Source of the DNA: Octopus sinensis
Lineage: Eukaryota
DNA length: 64,000 nt
Direction of reading: 5' to 3'
Assembly (NCBI RefSeq): GCF_006345805.1
Contig: NW_021831850.1
Coordinates: forward strand, 124,001 to 188,000
Shown: piece after piece, positions 40,793 to 53,815 of the stretch
How the letters are laid out: each line of letters begins with the position of its first letter
Numbering within the stretch: position 1 is the stretch's first letter
Made by a program: the position numbers and the translations under genes
The notes under the pieces: generated by a model
Seen by the model: the letters and a program-made list of their open reading frames with translations, nothing else
Told to the model about the DNA's origin: nothing
The model's database searches: none

Positions 40793-41090
40793 GTCAAATG
40801 CGATACAATAAAATTAATTATTATCGCTGGTGTTCTAGGACACGCCATATATTATTCATATATAAGTACATTAAAAGGCGAAGTGTGTACTAGATACACA
40901 AAAGCTGGATAAATTTAATGAGATGAAAATTAAAAACTTTTACAAACTTAGTTCTTCTTAGACTGCAGTTTCGCCTATTTCAGCAATAAAAATAATATTT
41001 ATTTACTCAAGTAGGCTCTTCAGTAAGATTCCTGTTATTATGGGAAGCGCATATCAATAGAGGCACATGCGTCTATTAAATTGCTCTTTC
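40784..41090 (-). mobile_element. ~300-bp non-coding HHR element
   Basis: Unique sequence bounded by (TA)n and satellite; contains the HHR at 40956-41028. Confidence 0.6.
40956..41028 (-). ncRNA. Type I hammerhead ribozyme, long stem II
   Basis: UCUUA-CUGAAGA-GCCUA(~34 nt)UAGGC-GAAA-CUGCAG-UC/UAAGA; GUC triplet. Confidence 0.88.
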
Positions 41091-41184
41091 TATATAAAAT
41101 TCAGTGTGGAGAGACTTTTTGAACATTGTGTATATGTATATATATATTTATAAAATGCACTGTTGAGAGACTTATTGAACACTG

Positions 41185-41219
<35 letters not shown>

Positions 41220-41222
<3 letters not shown>

Positions 41223-41499
41223 TTTGATACTTTGATACTTTGATAGGTTTCGGCCATTATTGGCCCGGCCATGTCTAACTTAATAGCACCACCTGGTGAA
41301 GTCTTTCAAGTCAGAATTTGGGCACTATGGCCCACTCAAATAGAGAGTTATTGTTTACAGAGACATATCCGGTGTAGGGGGTTTATCCGGGATTTCTTGA
41401 AGGAATCTGTCCAAAGACTTCTTGAACCCTATAGGTCAGTTTCTGTTTTAATGTGTTTTGGTGTAATGTTAAAGAGAGCGGGGCCAATTGAGGTGAAAT

Positions 41500-41500
<1 letters not shown>
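41220..41500 (-). mobile_element. 3' fragment of CR1 family A
   Basis: Matches ~18414-18690 including the (TATCAAAG)n tail. Confidence 0.9.
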
Positions 41501-41573
<73 letters not shown>

Positions 41574-41959
41574 GTGTGTGTGTGATCTAATATAAATTCA
41601 CTGTTGAAAGACTTTTGAACACTGTGTGTATATATATATATATATATATAAAATTCACTGTGCAGTCTTTTTGAACACTGTATATATATTATATATATAT
41701 CTATATTATATATATATATATATAAAATTCACTGTGGAGAGAATTTTTGAACACTGTGTATATAGTATATATAAAATTCACATTGGAGACACTTTTTGAA
41801 CACTATGTGTGTATATATATATATATTATATAAATATAACGATTTAGGAGTGACCCCAACAGGTCACTCGTCCACCAGAAAGAGCAGCCATAACTCACAC
41901 CGCCAAGTATTATTAATTCAGAAATTAGGTGAAAATTTAAAAACATTTACCCTAATTCA

Positions 41960-42059
41960 TCTTTTAGACGTTGCAACGTTCTGTGTCATTAATGATTAAA
42001 TTAGCTTAATTAAATTAAATTAAGCCAATCTACCATAGGTTACACTTCATCAGTAAAGA
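41960..42059 (-). ncRNA. Hammerhead ribozyme, unit 1 (GAA, one A missing)
   Basis: Same fold as unit 3 with a one-base deletion in GAAA. Confidence 0.6.
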
Positions 42060-42427
42060 CCTGGGAGAGACAAATACATAACGACGATGCGTCTGTATCG
42101 AAGCCTACGGATATCTGACTTTAAATTTTCAAGACTGACGTATTCGCGCAAACTTATCAACAGTAAAATATACTGCCGATTCAATCTCAGAATTATTCAG
42201 AAAATTATCATTAGTCAATTGGGTAGCAAAAAATTCAATAGAAATTTATCGCAACCAGCGGCCTGGTGAAAAAGAGAAAATAGTCATCGACTAAATATAT
42301 AAATATAACGATTTAGGAGTGACCCCAACAGGTCACTCGTCCACCAGAAGAGCAGCCATAACTCACACCGCCAAGGATTATTAATTCAGAAATTAGGTGA
42401 AAATTTAAAAACATTTACCCTAATTCA

Positions 42428-42526
42428 TCTTTTAGACGTTGCAATGTTTCTGTGTCATTAATGATAAATTAGCTTAATTAAATTAATTAAGCCAATCTAC
42501 CATAGGTTACACTTCATCAGTAAAGA
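42428..42526 (-). ncRNA. Hammerhead ribozyme, unit 2
   Basis: Core intact; one substitution in stem III (CAUUGCAACG). Confidence 0.75.
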
Positions 42527-42897
42527 CCTGGGAGAGACAAATATACACGAGGCGTCTGTATCGACGAGCCTACGGGATATCTGACTTAAAATTTTCAAGA
42601 CTGACGTAATTCGCGCCAAACTTATCAACAGTAAATATAAACTGCCGATTCAATCTCAGAATTATTCAGAAAATTATCAATTAGTCAATTTAGGGTAGCA
42701 AAAAATTCAATAGAAATTTATCGCAACCAGCGGCCTGGTGAAAAAGAGAAAATAGTCATCGACTAAATATAAAATAACGATTTAGGAGTGACCCCAACAG
42801 GTCACTCGTCCACCAGAAAGAGCAGCCATAACTCACACCGCCAAGTATTATTAATTCAGAAATTAGGTGAAAATTTAAAAACATTTACCCTAATTCA

Positions 42898-42998
42898 TCT
42901 TTTAGACGTTGCAACGTTTCTGTGTCATTAATGATTAAATTAGCTTAATTAAATTAAATTAAGCCAATCTACCATAGGTTACACTTCATCAGTAAAGA
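42898..42998 (-). ncRNA. Hammerhead ribozyme, unit 3
   Basis: UCUUUA-CUGAUGA-a-GUGU(~60 nt with GCUUAAUU/AAUUAAGC hairpin)ACAC-a-GAAA-CGUUGCAACG-UC/UAAAAGA. Confidence 0.85.
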
Positions 42999-43368
42999 CC
43001 TGGGAGAGACAAATATACACGAGGCGTCTGTATCGAAGCCTACGGGATATCTGACTTAAAATTTTCAAGACTGACGTATTCGCGCCAAACTTATCAACAG
43101 TAAATATAAACTGCCGATTCAATCTCAGAATTATTCAGAAAATTATCAATTAGTCAATTTAGGGTAGCAAAAATTCAATAGAAATTTATCGCAACCAGCG
43201 GCCTGGTGAAAAAGAGAAAATAGTCATCGACTAAATATATAAATATAACGATTTAGGAGTGACCCCAACAGGTCACTCGTCCACCAGAAAGAGCAGCCAT
43301 AACTCACACCGCCAAGTATTATTAATTCAGAAATTAGGTGAAAATTTAAAAACATTTACCCTAATTCA

Positions 43369-43468
43369 TCTTTTAGACGTTGCAACGTTTCTGTGTCATT
43401 AATGATTAAATTAGCTTAATTAAATTAAATTAAGCCAATCTCCATAGGTTACACTTCATCAGTAAAGA
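43369..43468 (-). ncRNA. Hammerhead ribozyme, unit 4
   Basis: Intact, as unit 3. Confidence 0.85.
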
Positions 43469-43670
43469 CCTGGGAGAGACAAATATACACGAGGCGTCTG
43501 TATCGAAGCCTACGGGATATCTGACTTAAAATTTTCAAGACTGACGTATTCGCGCCAAACTTATCAACAGTAAATATAAACTGCCGATTCAATCTCAGAA
43601 TTATTCAGAAAATTATCAATTAGTCAATTTAGGGTAGCAAAAATTCAATAGAAATTTATCGCAACCAGCG

Positions 43671-43710
<40 letters not shown>

Positions 43711-43881
43711 TATATTTAGGAATGGTCATATTGCCAGTTTAGCCAATAAAAACACACGCACTATATATTTGGTGTTATTTTGCTTCAGTGATAATAAATA
43801 TCACTGAAGCAAAATAACACCAAATATATAGTGCGTGTGTTTTTATTGGCTAAACTGGCAATATGACCATTCCGAAATATA
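43711..43881. repeat. Near-perfect 83-bp-arm hairpin
   Basis: 43711-43793 is the reverse complement of 43799-43881; 5-nt loop; one mismatch. Confidence 0.92.
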
Positions 43882-43959
43882 ACAATATCTGTTTCAACAC
43901 ACGACTTCACATAAAAAATCTTGCACAACAAATATTTAAACGTATATATATATATATAA

Positions 43960-44040
43960 AATTTACTGTGGAGAGACTTTTTGAACACAGTGTGTATATA
44001 TATATATGAAATTCACTGTGGAGAAACTTTTGTATAATGT

Positions 44041-44106
<66 letters not shown>

Positions 44107-44285
44107 TATTATATATATATATATATATATGTATATATAATATTCACTGTGGAGAGACTTTTTGAACACTGTGTGTATGTATATATATATATATATATAA
44201 ATTTCACAGTGGAGAGAATTTTTGAAGACTGTGTGTGTATATATATATATAATTCACTGTGGAGAGACTGTTTGAACACTGTATA
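43960..44285. repeat. CACTGTG/(TA)n satellite block
   Basis: About 5 units. Confidence 0.9.
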
Positions 44286-44291
44286 TATATA

Positions 44292-47200
44292 TGATTTTGA
44301 TTTTTGATTTTTGATTTTTCCAGTTTCAGCTAATGAGCTGTGGCCATACTGGGGCACCGCCATTTGGTTTGCTACACGATTTTACCTCACGGATGCTTTT
44401 TAGCAAACGCCATCTGATGCATGAGAGAGTTCGATGCAGCTGCCCTCATCTGCACCTCCTGCCGTGAAGTTGGTTCATCCGGGACACCTGACAGGAAGAG
44501 GTCCAGTCCTACTTTAAAGACATCCGCATCTACATCATGCAGGTCCCTCAGGTTCTTTGGGAGGATATTGAAGAGCTGTGGGCCTCTGAAGCCCAGGCTA
44601 TCACAATATCTTGTCCTACATCTTGATGGCAAATTTGGAGTCCTTGGTACTACGCAGTGGCGCCCGGTTCTGGCATTTGTGTGACTCTCGATGCAAAAGT
44701 TTGGGACAAGTCCTTCCAGGATCTTCCAGATATATATTATGGCATATCTTTCTCGCCTACGCTCCAGGGAATAGAGTTTTAATCTCTTGAGTCTTTCCCA
44801 GTAGCTCATATGCTGCACAGAGGCTATCTTCTTCGTGTAGCTACGTTGGATCGCCTCAAGTTCTGTGATCAACTTGACACTGGATGGTGATCATAGCTGA
44901 GAGCAATAGTCAAAGTGGCTTAGGACAAGTGTCTTCCAGAGGACCATCATGGTTTCTTGTTCTCTTGTTCTAAAGGTTCTAAGAATCCATCCAGCCAGCC
45001 GTCTACATTTCATTGCCTGTTTAGCAACATGTACATGAAAGGTCGCGTCATCACTCATGTGAATACCCAAGTCACGCACTGATTGTGCCTCTGGGATTGC
45101 AATTCCTCCGGGTCCAGTGTAGTCATTGGGTATTGCATTCAATTTTGCATGCTGATAGTATAAAGCTTGAAACTTTTCAGCATTGAACTGCATGCTATTC
45201 TTTTCAGCCCACTTGTATAAGCAGGTGCTTAGTGTCTTCAGGGTTCTGTATTGCCTGTGAGACTTTTGTATCATCTGCATAACTTGTGATCGTGGCTCTC
45301 TGCGTGGCTGAGGGCATGTCTGAGAGGGCCATTATGAACAGTAGTGGTCCCAAAACAGTGCCCTGCGGAACACCGCTCACTATTTGCGTGTTAATGGAAG
45401 TGGCCCCATTGGCTGTTACCACCTGACTTCTATTCTTCAGAAAGTCATGAAGCCATTCTCCCAATTTTTCAACTATGCCAAGATCACGCAGTTTGTGACA
45501 TATCATTCCATGATCGACTTTATCAAAGGCCTTTGCAAAGTCGAGATATATGACTTCCACATTTGAGTGGTTGAGCAGTTGTTTCAGCACCCAGTCATAG
45601 TGTTGTAGGAGCTGAGTTAAGCAGCTTCTTCCTGATCGGAAACCATGTTGGGTGTCAGGCAGCAAGTCATTTTCTTCAAGGAAGGTGATTAGTTTCCTTC
45701 TGACTATTCGTTCCATGACCTTGCTGATGTGTGAGGTTAGGGAGATAGGTCTGTAGTTCTTGGCCTCCGCTCTGCTACCTCCTTTATGAATAGGGCATAT
45801 TTTACCTTCCTTCAGTTTACTTGGAAGTTTGCCAGCTGCAAGGAAGCTCTGAAAGAGAGACCGCAGTGGCCTTGCTAGGACCCTCTTACATACTTTTAGA
45901 AGGATTGCTGGGAATCCATCGGGGCCAGTAGCTGAGTTTGTTTCCATCTCATCTATAGCCTTTATTACATTGTCTTCCTTTATATTGATGTAATTAATCA
46001 TCGCCGCCTCTGACCCCATATCTGCAGTGGTGAAGAGGTCAGTTGGATTGGTGATTTGGAAATGCCCAAGGGGTGGGGTGAAAACACTCTTGAATTGCTC
46101 ATTTAGTATTTCACTTACCCTCATTGGATTTCCTGTGAGTGTGCCATCCCTTTCAAGGAGTGGCCCTATCCTACAGTGCACCGTAGCTGTTTCTTTGGCA
46201 TACCTGTAGAAAGCTCTGGGGTTAGATTTTATGTTGTCTATAGCCCAGGCTTCTTTGTCTGCTCTTTCCTTTTCATGGGAGAGTTGCAGACAGTTTTCAA
46301 TTTCCAACAGTTTCATTTTCACGCGGGACTTTTCATTGCTTTGTTTGTTTAGGCGATTTCAGATTTTTGTGCGCCGTCTCATTAGAATTTTCCTCTCTCT
46401 GGGGATTTTGTTCTTGTGTACAGTGGCCTTTCTCTCTGGGACACATTTGTAGCATATGGCTTGCATTACAGACATGAATTGTTGAAGTTTCACGTCGATG
46501 TCTGGCGAGGACAGACATTCAGGCCAGTTTTGTTTGAGGATCTCTCTCAATTTGTTTCCAGTTTGCCTTATGGAAGTTCATGCTGGAAAGATTCTGAGAG
46601 TTTCTTGTAGGCTGCATGTCCATGCTTTCCTTTGGCCCGTACATGGTCAGCTCTACGATGTTGTGATCCGAGAGTATTGTCGGTGTCACTTTCACATTAT
46701 GGATGAGATCCATATTATTTGTGAAGCAGAGATACAGTATGTTACCTGCCCTGGTTGGTTGGAGTATTACTTGCTCCATGTACAGGGTGTTGATGAGGTT
46801 CAGGAGGGACCTCGCCTGACCTCGTTCACATCGTGTCATTCCTGGGAGAGAAAGGCCCTCGGGCCATCTGACATTGGGCAGGTTGAAGTCTCCCATGAGA
46901 AGTACACTTATGTGCTATTCTAGTGTGACTAGAACTTCTTCTATTTTTATAAGGCAGTCTTCAAACTTGCCCATATGGCTCGGGGCATCTGGAGGGCGAT
47001 ATGTAGCACACACAACTACACCAAGTTGCCTTACATGTACAATTAGTGTGTAACACACCGGGTTTAAGTATGACAAAAGGACCTGGGGTGTGAGGTCCTC
47101 ACGGATGTACATAGCAACTCCCCCATGACTCCTTTCTTTTCTGTCGGTCCGTAGTACAACATACTGTGGTATGTGTACTTCCGCATCCGCTATGTCCGGT

Positions 47201-47724
47201 TTCAGGTGTGTTTCCGTAAGTGCTATGCATAAGGCTTGATTGCATGCAACAAAGTATCTCAAGAACGGGACTTTTGTCCTGTTACTGTGTGTTAGTAGTC
47301 CTCTGATGTTCAGTAGGAGCATCGCGGTGAGGTGTATGCTGTTGCCGGTGGTGTCCACCTTGGGTCTATTTGCTGTGGTGGTCTTGTGAACTGCGGGTAG
47401 TCCCATCTGCGAGCTTGAGTTTGATGGAGCCAGGTTAGCTGCTGTACAATCTTTTGTGCCATGCACAAAAAAGATTCTTGTTCAGCAGCTGCCCTTTCAA
47501 CAACATGTTGGCGGTTTGTGGCACGCACCACATCTGCGTACCTCCGCTTTGGGACAGGTGGTGCGTGGTTCATCCCTTTTCCTTTCAGTGGTTGGTTTCT
47601 GCGGCAGGGTCCCGGATGTGCAAAACGGCAGCCTGCACCTCCCTCTCCATGCCAGCAGGCACCTCTCAGGTAGAACCTACACACCCGTGTGCGCTGCTTG
47701 TTTCCATCCTTTTGGTATATGGAT
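44292..47724 (-). mobile_element. CR1-type LINE family C, second copy, many frameshifts
   Basis: Collinear with 35461-38940 (CCCH at ~47620-47690, APE, RT, C-terminus); (AATCAA)-type tail. Confidence 0.92.
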
Positions 47725-47747
47725 ATATATATATATATATATATATA

Positions 47748-47778
47748 AAATTCTCTGTGGAGAGACTTTTTGAACACC

Positions 47779-47826
<48 letters not shown>

Positions 47827-47951
47827 CATTGTTGAGAGACTTTTTGAACCCTGTGTATATATATCTATAAAATTTACTGTGGAGAGATTTTTGAACACTG
47901 TGTGTTATATATATATATATGAAATTCACTGTGGAGAAACTTTTTGTATAA

Positions 47952-48024
<73 letters not shown>

Positions 48025-48104
48025 CTCTGTGGAGAGACTTTTTAAACACTGTGTGTATCTATATATATATATATAAAATTCACTGTGGAGAGACTTATTG
48101 AACA

Positions 48105-48198
<94 letters not shown>

Positions 48199-49070
48199 AT
48201 TCACTGTGGAGAGACTTTTTGAAAACTGTACATATAGTGTTATGAATGGTTCTATTTAAGGACAGTTGGTTGCGACCTACTTTTGGAATAAATCTATTGT
48301 CCTGTCAGATTCTGGTTGATTGATTAGTTCTGGGGGGACCTCCGACCCCTTACAGGTGAACGAAATTTCGTTGTAAACACCCCTTAAAAACAAAGTCGGC
48401 CGGGAGCTCTAGAAGAAACGGGACTGATACGAGAGACAGGGAGTCTGAGGAGCCGTCAGGCGAGAGAATGATAGAGAATGTGAAAGAGGAAGACAGGCAG
48501 AGAGTATTACAGAGCTAAGAGAGAGAGGGACTACGGTATGAGGGCACTTGGCTGTTGTTGACGGTATGTGTTTAATTATGTTTTGATATGTGAAAAAAGA
48601 AGGAAAAAGAAATAATGTGTTGGAAAAAAAGAGAAAGAAGGAGAGAGGAAAAAGAAAGAACTGTTAAAGAGAAAGAAGGAGAAAGACTCTCATGTATTGA
48701 ACTGTATCGTTAATGTGAACGTTATTTGTTTTAATTGGATTCGAACTATTGTCTCTGAACCGTATATTGCATCTGCATGCTGTTGATTCTGTTGCTTGTA
48801 TTTACTTTGATGTACCTGATGTATCACATTGTATTTGTTGTAATATTTGTATAAACTGTTGTTAAATGTAGCTAATTGCCTTCCACCGTATCTCTGTATC
48901 TCTTGCTGTTGTTGTTGTCATATCTCCGGTCGCCGGTTGTCGTGTTCGCCACTGCCATCCCCACCGAGTCCTCTCAGCGTGGCGAATTCTCCGTTCGACT
49001 GAGCGAGGGTGGTCCGTAACAATATATATATAAATATATAAAATTCACTGTGGAGAGACTTTTTGAACAC

Positions 49071-49103
<33 letters not shown>

Positions 49104-49355
49104 GATTCACTGAGGAGAGACTTTTTGAACAGTATGTATATATATATATATATATATGTAAAATTCACTGTGGAGAGATTTTTTGAACACTGTGTATATA
49201 TATATATATATAAAATTTACTGTGGAGAGATTTTTGAACACTGTGTGTTTATATATACATAAAATTCACTGTGGAGAGACTTTTTGAACACTGTGTTTAT
49301 ATATATATAATATATATATATTCACTGTGGATTGCCTTTTTGAGCACTGCGTGTA

Positions 49356-49451
<96 letters not shown>

Positions 49452-49551
49452 TATAAAATTCACTGTGGAGAGACTTTTTGAACACTGTGTTTATATATAT
49501 ATACATATATATATAATTCACTGTGGATTGCCTTTTTGAGCACTGCGTGTA

Positions 49552-49631
<80 letters not shown>

Positions 49632-49660
49632 CACTGTGGAGAGACTTTTTGAACACTGTA
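47748..49660. repeat. CACTGTG/(TA)n satellite block interrupted by an LTR; last satellite in window
   Basis: About 17 units at 47748-48230 and 49040-49660. Confidence 0.92.
48238..49021. mobile_element. Probable solo LTR (784 bp)
   Basis: Termini TGTTATG...CGTAACA (TG...CA with short inverted ends); no ORF; no clear target-site duplication. Confidence 0.55.
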
Positions 49661-49668
49661 TATATATA

Positions 49669-52600
49669 TTTCAGCAAAAAAAAAATAATAATTAGAAAAA
49701 TTAGAAAAACAAGAAAACTGGTAGGACCGAAAACAAAAATAAGGAGGGAAAAGGAGGAAAAGGCAAAACAACCAAAGCTGAAACCCCAACCCACCACACA
49801 AACAGCAGAGAACCCCATGGAGGATCCAATGCCACCCAGTACACTTCAGGAAAGAAGAAATCTGGAAGGCACCGAAGAACCTGTAAATTCTACCTGCGGG
49901 GCAAATGTTGGCATGGTGAAGACGGCAAAAACTGCCGGTTCGCCCACCCGACACCCCACCAGAACTTCAGGGGACTCAAAGAGAAGAGCTTTACTGAGGG
50001 AACACAAGAAATGTCTCCCAGGAAAACTTTCAAAAACGAAGTGCGCTCCTCAGATGTTCTGCGCAACGCAGCAGCTGAGCAAGAGTCTTTTTTTATGCAT
50101 GGTGCAAAGAATTGTCCGGCAGCTAACCTGGCTACACCAAGCACAGAGAAGGAACCCTGCCCACCACTATGCAAGACCACCAAAGTCAACAGACACGGGA
50201 TGGCTTCCCCTAACGCCTGCACAGCCTCACCCAATACTTTTACTAAATATTGCGGGCCTGTTGCATCAAAATAGAAACAAAATTTCTTTCCTGAGAGATC
50301 TTACTGCATGCAATCAAGCCCTATGCATAGCACTTGTGGAAACTCACCTCAACCTTGATATAAAGGACGCAGAAGTACACATACCAAACTATGCCATACT
50401 GCGAACAGACAGAAGGGAAAGGAGCCATGGTGGAGTTGCTGTATACATCCGAGATGACCTCACACCCCAGGTCTTGATGTCATACTCAAATTCGGTATGT
50501 GACACCTTAATTGTATACATAAGACAACATAATATAGTCATATGCAATACATATTGCCCAACAGATGCCCCAAATCACATAGGCAAGTTTGAAGATTGCC
50601 CCACAAGAATTAAAGAAATCCTCATGAATCTGGAACACCACGTGACCATATTTCTTATGGATGATTTCAACTTCCCCAACGTCAAATGGCCCGAATGTCA
50701 CATACTCTCAGGAATGAATCATTGCAAGCAAGTACAGGTGGAGTCCCTGCTCAACCTCACCAATGCCTTATTCATGGAACAAGTTGTACTCAAGCCAACT
50801 AGGGCGAATAACATTCTGGATCTCTGCTTCACGAACAATATGGACATCATTCATGATGTGAAAGTGACACCTACATCAGTTTCGGATCACAACATAATAG
50901 AGCTGTCTGTGCTTGGGCCGAAAGTAACCAGAGACATACAGCCTAAAGGAAGCACCCGAAATCTCTCCAATCTGAACTTCCACAAAGCAGATTGGAAATC
51001 GATCCAAAAAGAGATCCTCAGAGAGGACTGGCCGGAATGTCTCTCCACATCAGACACTGACATGAAACTAGAATGTTTCATGTCTTCTGTGCAAGCCGTA
51101 TGCCAGAAATATGTCCCAGAGCACAAGGCCAAAACAAATAGGAGCAATATTCCAAGAGACAGGAAGATCCTCATGAGACGACGGACGAAGGTTGCAAATC
51201 GTCTCAACCAACATCCCAAAAGTAGCGAAAGGTCCCGCCTAAAAATCAACACTGATGGAGATCGAAAAAAGGCTGCATCAATCCTATGTGGAGGAGAAAG
51301 CAGACAAAGAAGCCTGGGTTATAAAAAACATTAAATCAAACCCAAAGGCCTTCTTTCATTACGCGAAAGAAACAGTCTCAGTGCACTACAAGATAGGACC
51401 CCTCCTCCAAAAGGATGGCTCCTTCACAGACAGTCCAACTATGATCAGTGAGATGCTGAATGGCCAGTTCAAAAGTGTCTTTACCACCCCGTTGGAACAC
51501 AGACAAGTGAACGAACCATTGGACTTCTTTGCCGCCTCACCTATAACCAGCGAGGCGGTTACAATAGAATGTATTGACATTAGCGAAAAAGATGTCCTAC
51601 TAGCCATAGATGAAGTGGACACAAACTCAGCTGCTGGTCCAGACGGTTTCCCAGCCATCCTCCTCAAAGCGTGTAAGCATGCCCTGGCAAAATCCCTCAA
51701 GATTCTCTTCCAGAGCTTTCTTGTGAATGGCAAACTGCCAAGCAAGCTGAAGGAGGGAATAATATGCCCAATACATAAAGGGAGAAGTAGAGCAGATGCC
51801 AAAAACTATAGGCCTATCTCTCTGACTTCACACATCAGCAAAGTCATGGAAAGGATAGTCAGAAAGAAACTAATCGCATTCCTTGAGGAAAATAACTTGC
51901 TGAGTAATACCCAGCATGATTTTCGACCAGGTAGGAGCTGCCTGACCCAGCTCTTACAGCATTATGACTGGGTGTTGAGGCAGTTACTCAACAAATCAAA
52001 TGTGGACGTAATCTACCTTGATTTTGCAAACGCTTTTGACAAGGTTGATCATGGTATGATATGCCTCAAACTACGTGACCTCAGCATAGCTGGAAAACTT
52101 GGAGTGTGGTTGCATGACTTCCTGAAAGATAGGAGTCAGGCAGTAGTGGTTAATAGAGCCACCTCTATGAACACACAAATAGTGAGCGGTGTTCCACAGG
52201 GCACTGTCTTGGGACCACTGCTTTTTATAGTGGCCCTCTCAGATATGCCCTCAAATGTCCGGATAGCCACTCTGGCCGCCAGCTATGCAGACGATACGAA
52301 AGTCTCGCAGAAAATACAGAACCCCAGCGATGTTGCACACCTGCAGCAGGAGTTGGACTCAATCTACAGATGGGCTGAGGATAATAATATGCAGATTAAT
52401 GCTGAAAAATTCCAGGCCCTGCGCTACCAGCATCCAAAACTGAATATTAAACTTACAGGATACACCGGTCCACAGGGAATTTCAATCCCAGAGCCTAAAT
52501 CTGTGAGGGACCTGGGTATCGACATGAGTGATGATACCTCTTTCCAAGTGCACATTACCAGGATGGCGACAAAGTGCAGACGACTGGCTGGGTGGATCCT

Positions 52601-53266
52601 AAGAACGTTCAGAACTAGAGATAAGGAAACCATGATGGTCCTCTGGCGGACATTCGTCCTCAGTCGCCTGGATTACTGCTCACAGCTATGGTCACCCACC
52701 AGTGTAAAATTAACAGCAGACCTTGAAGCAATCCAGAGAAGATTCACAAAGAAGATCGTCTCTTTGCAACAGCTCAGCTACTGGGAAAGGTTGAAACAGC
52801 TAAGACTCTACTCCCTGGAGAGAAGACGGGAGAGGTATGCAGTAATATATGTCTGGAAGATCCTGGAAGGAATTGTGCCAAATTTTGGCATTGTAAGCTA
52901 CACCAATGCTAGAACGGGACGACACTGCATAGTGCCAAAGATCCCAGCAATGCCATCACGCTTCAGGACCAGCTTCTGCAACAGCCTGGGTTTCAAGAGC
53001 CCACAGCTTTTTAATATTCTCCCAAAGAGTCTGAGGAACTTGCACAAAGTGGATGTAGCGGTTTTTAAATCAAAACTGGACATCTTCCTGTCAAGAGTCC
53101 CAGATGAACCTACCTCACGGCAAGAGGTGCAAATGAGAGTAGCTGTATCAAACTCCATTCTTCACCAAGTGCCACATATTAGACGAGGTTCGTCGTAATA
53201 ACAGTGTAGCACGAAACGGTGGTGCATCAGCATGGCCACAGCTCTGAGCTGAAACTAGAAACAAAA
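49669..53266 (+). mobile_element. CR1-type LINE family D with CCCH zinc finger
   Basis: CKFYLRGKCWHGEDGKNCRFAH at ~49885-49950; APE in 49649-51334; RT in 51255-53198; tail as in 340-408. Confidence 0.92.
51255..53198 (+). pseudogene. CR1-type reverse transcriptase (647 aa, frameshifted from APE)
   Basis: YRPISLTS, YLDFANAFD, GVPQGTVLGP, SYADD, LYSLERRRERY. Confidence 0.88.
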
Positions 53267-53815
53267 TATATATATATAAGGGTATGGGAAATAATTTATA
53301 ATATGTAGTGGGATTACTATATTAATTTATTTTATGTATTTATTAATCTTATAAGATTTTTAGTATTTATTTAATAATAAGTGCTTTTTAATCATTTAAT
53401 TTATTTTGTATTAGTTTCATTTATCATAGTTATTTTATTAATAAATATTATAGTATAGAGAGATTTTATTCTTTATTTGTGAATTCATTCTTTTTACAAT
53501 GATAAACATATAATTTTCCATTCATAATCTTTAAATAACGTTGGTTCCTCACGCGCAAAGAATTTATCAAAAATTTATTCTATTTTTTGCTAATAACGTA
53601 ATCCTATGAGTTTTCTCTTAAGCGCTGTATAAGACGTTTGTGATTCAAAATTAGTTCATAGTTTAAACTCGCCAAGAATGTATGTATCTTTTAAGATCTT
53701 CTAATTGTTAATTTTTAATATTGTATAAGCCTTAAGGAGTAATAATATTCTCCTTATTTTAATATTGTTGTTTATGTAATGATCTATTTATCGTATTTTT
53801 CTATGTTATTAGATA

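Larger units (their letters stand above)
41832..43671 (-). repeat. ~470-bp tandem repeat (3.9 copies), each unit with a hammerhead ribozyme (retrozyme-like)
   Basis: Units start at 41832, 42301, ~42771 and 43241; flanked by (TA)n. Confidence 0.92.

Noticed and set aside
41845-41870. GAGTGACC/GGTCACTC hairpin near the repeat end as a Helitron 3' terminus
   Set aside because: No CTRR end or TC start, and the unit carries a hammerhead and is permuted elsewhere.
48445-48470. CUGAGGA-GCC(guca)GGC-GAGA in the putative LTR as a hammerhead
   Set aside because: GAGA instead of GAAA, and no stem I or III partners; likely chance in purine-rich sequence.
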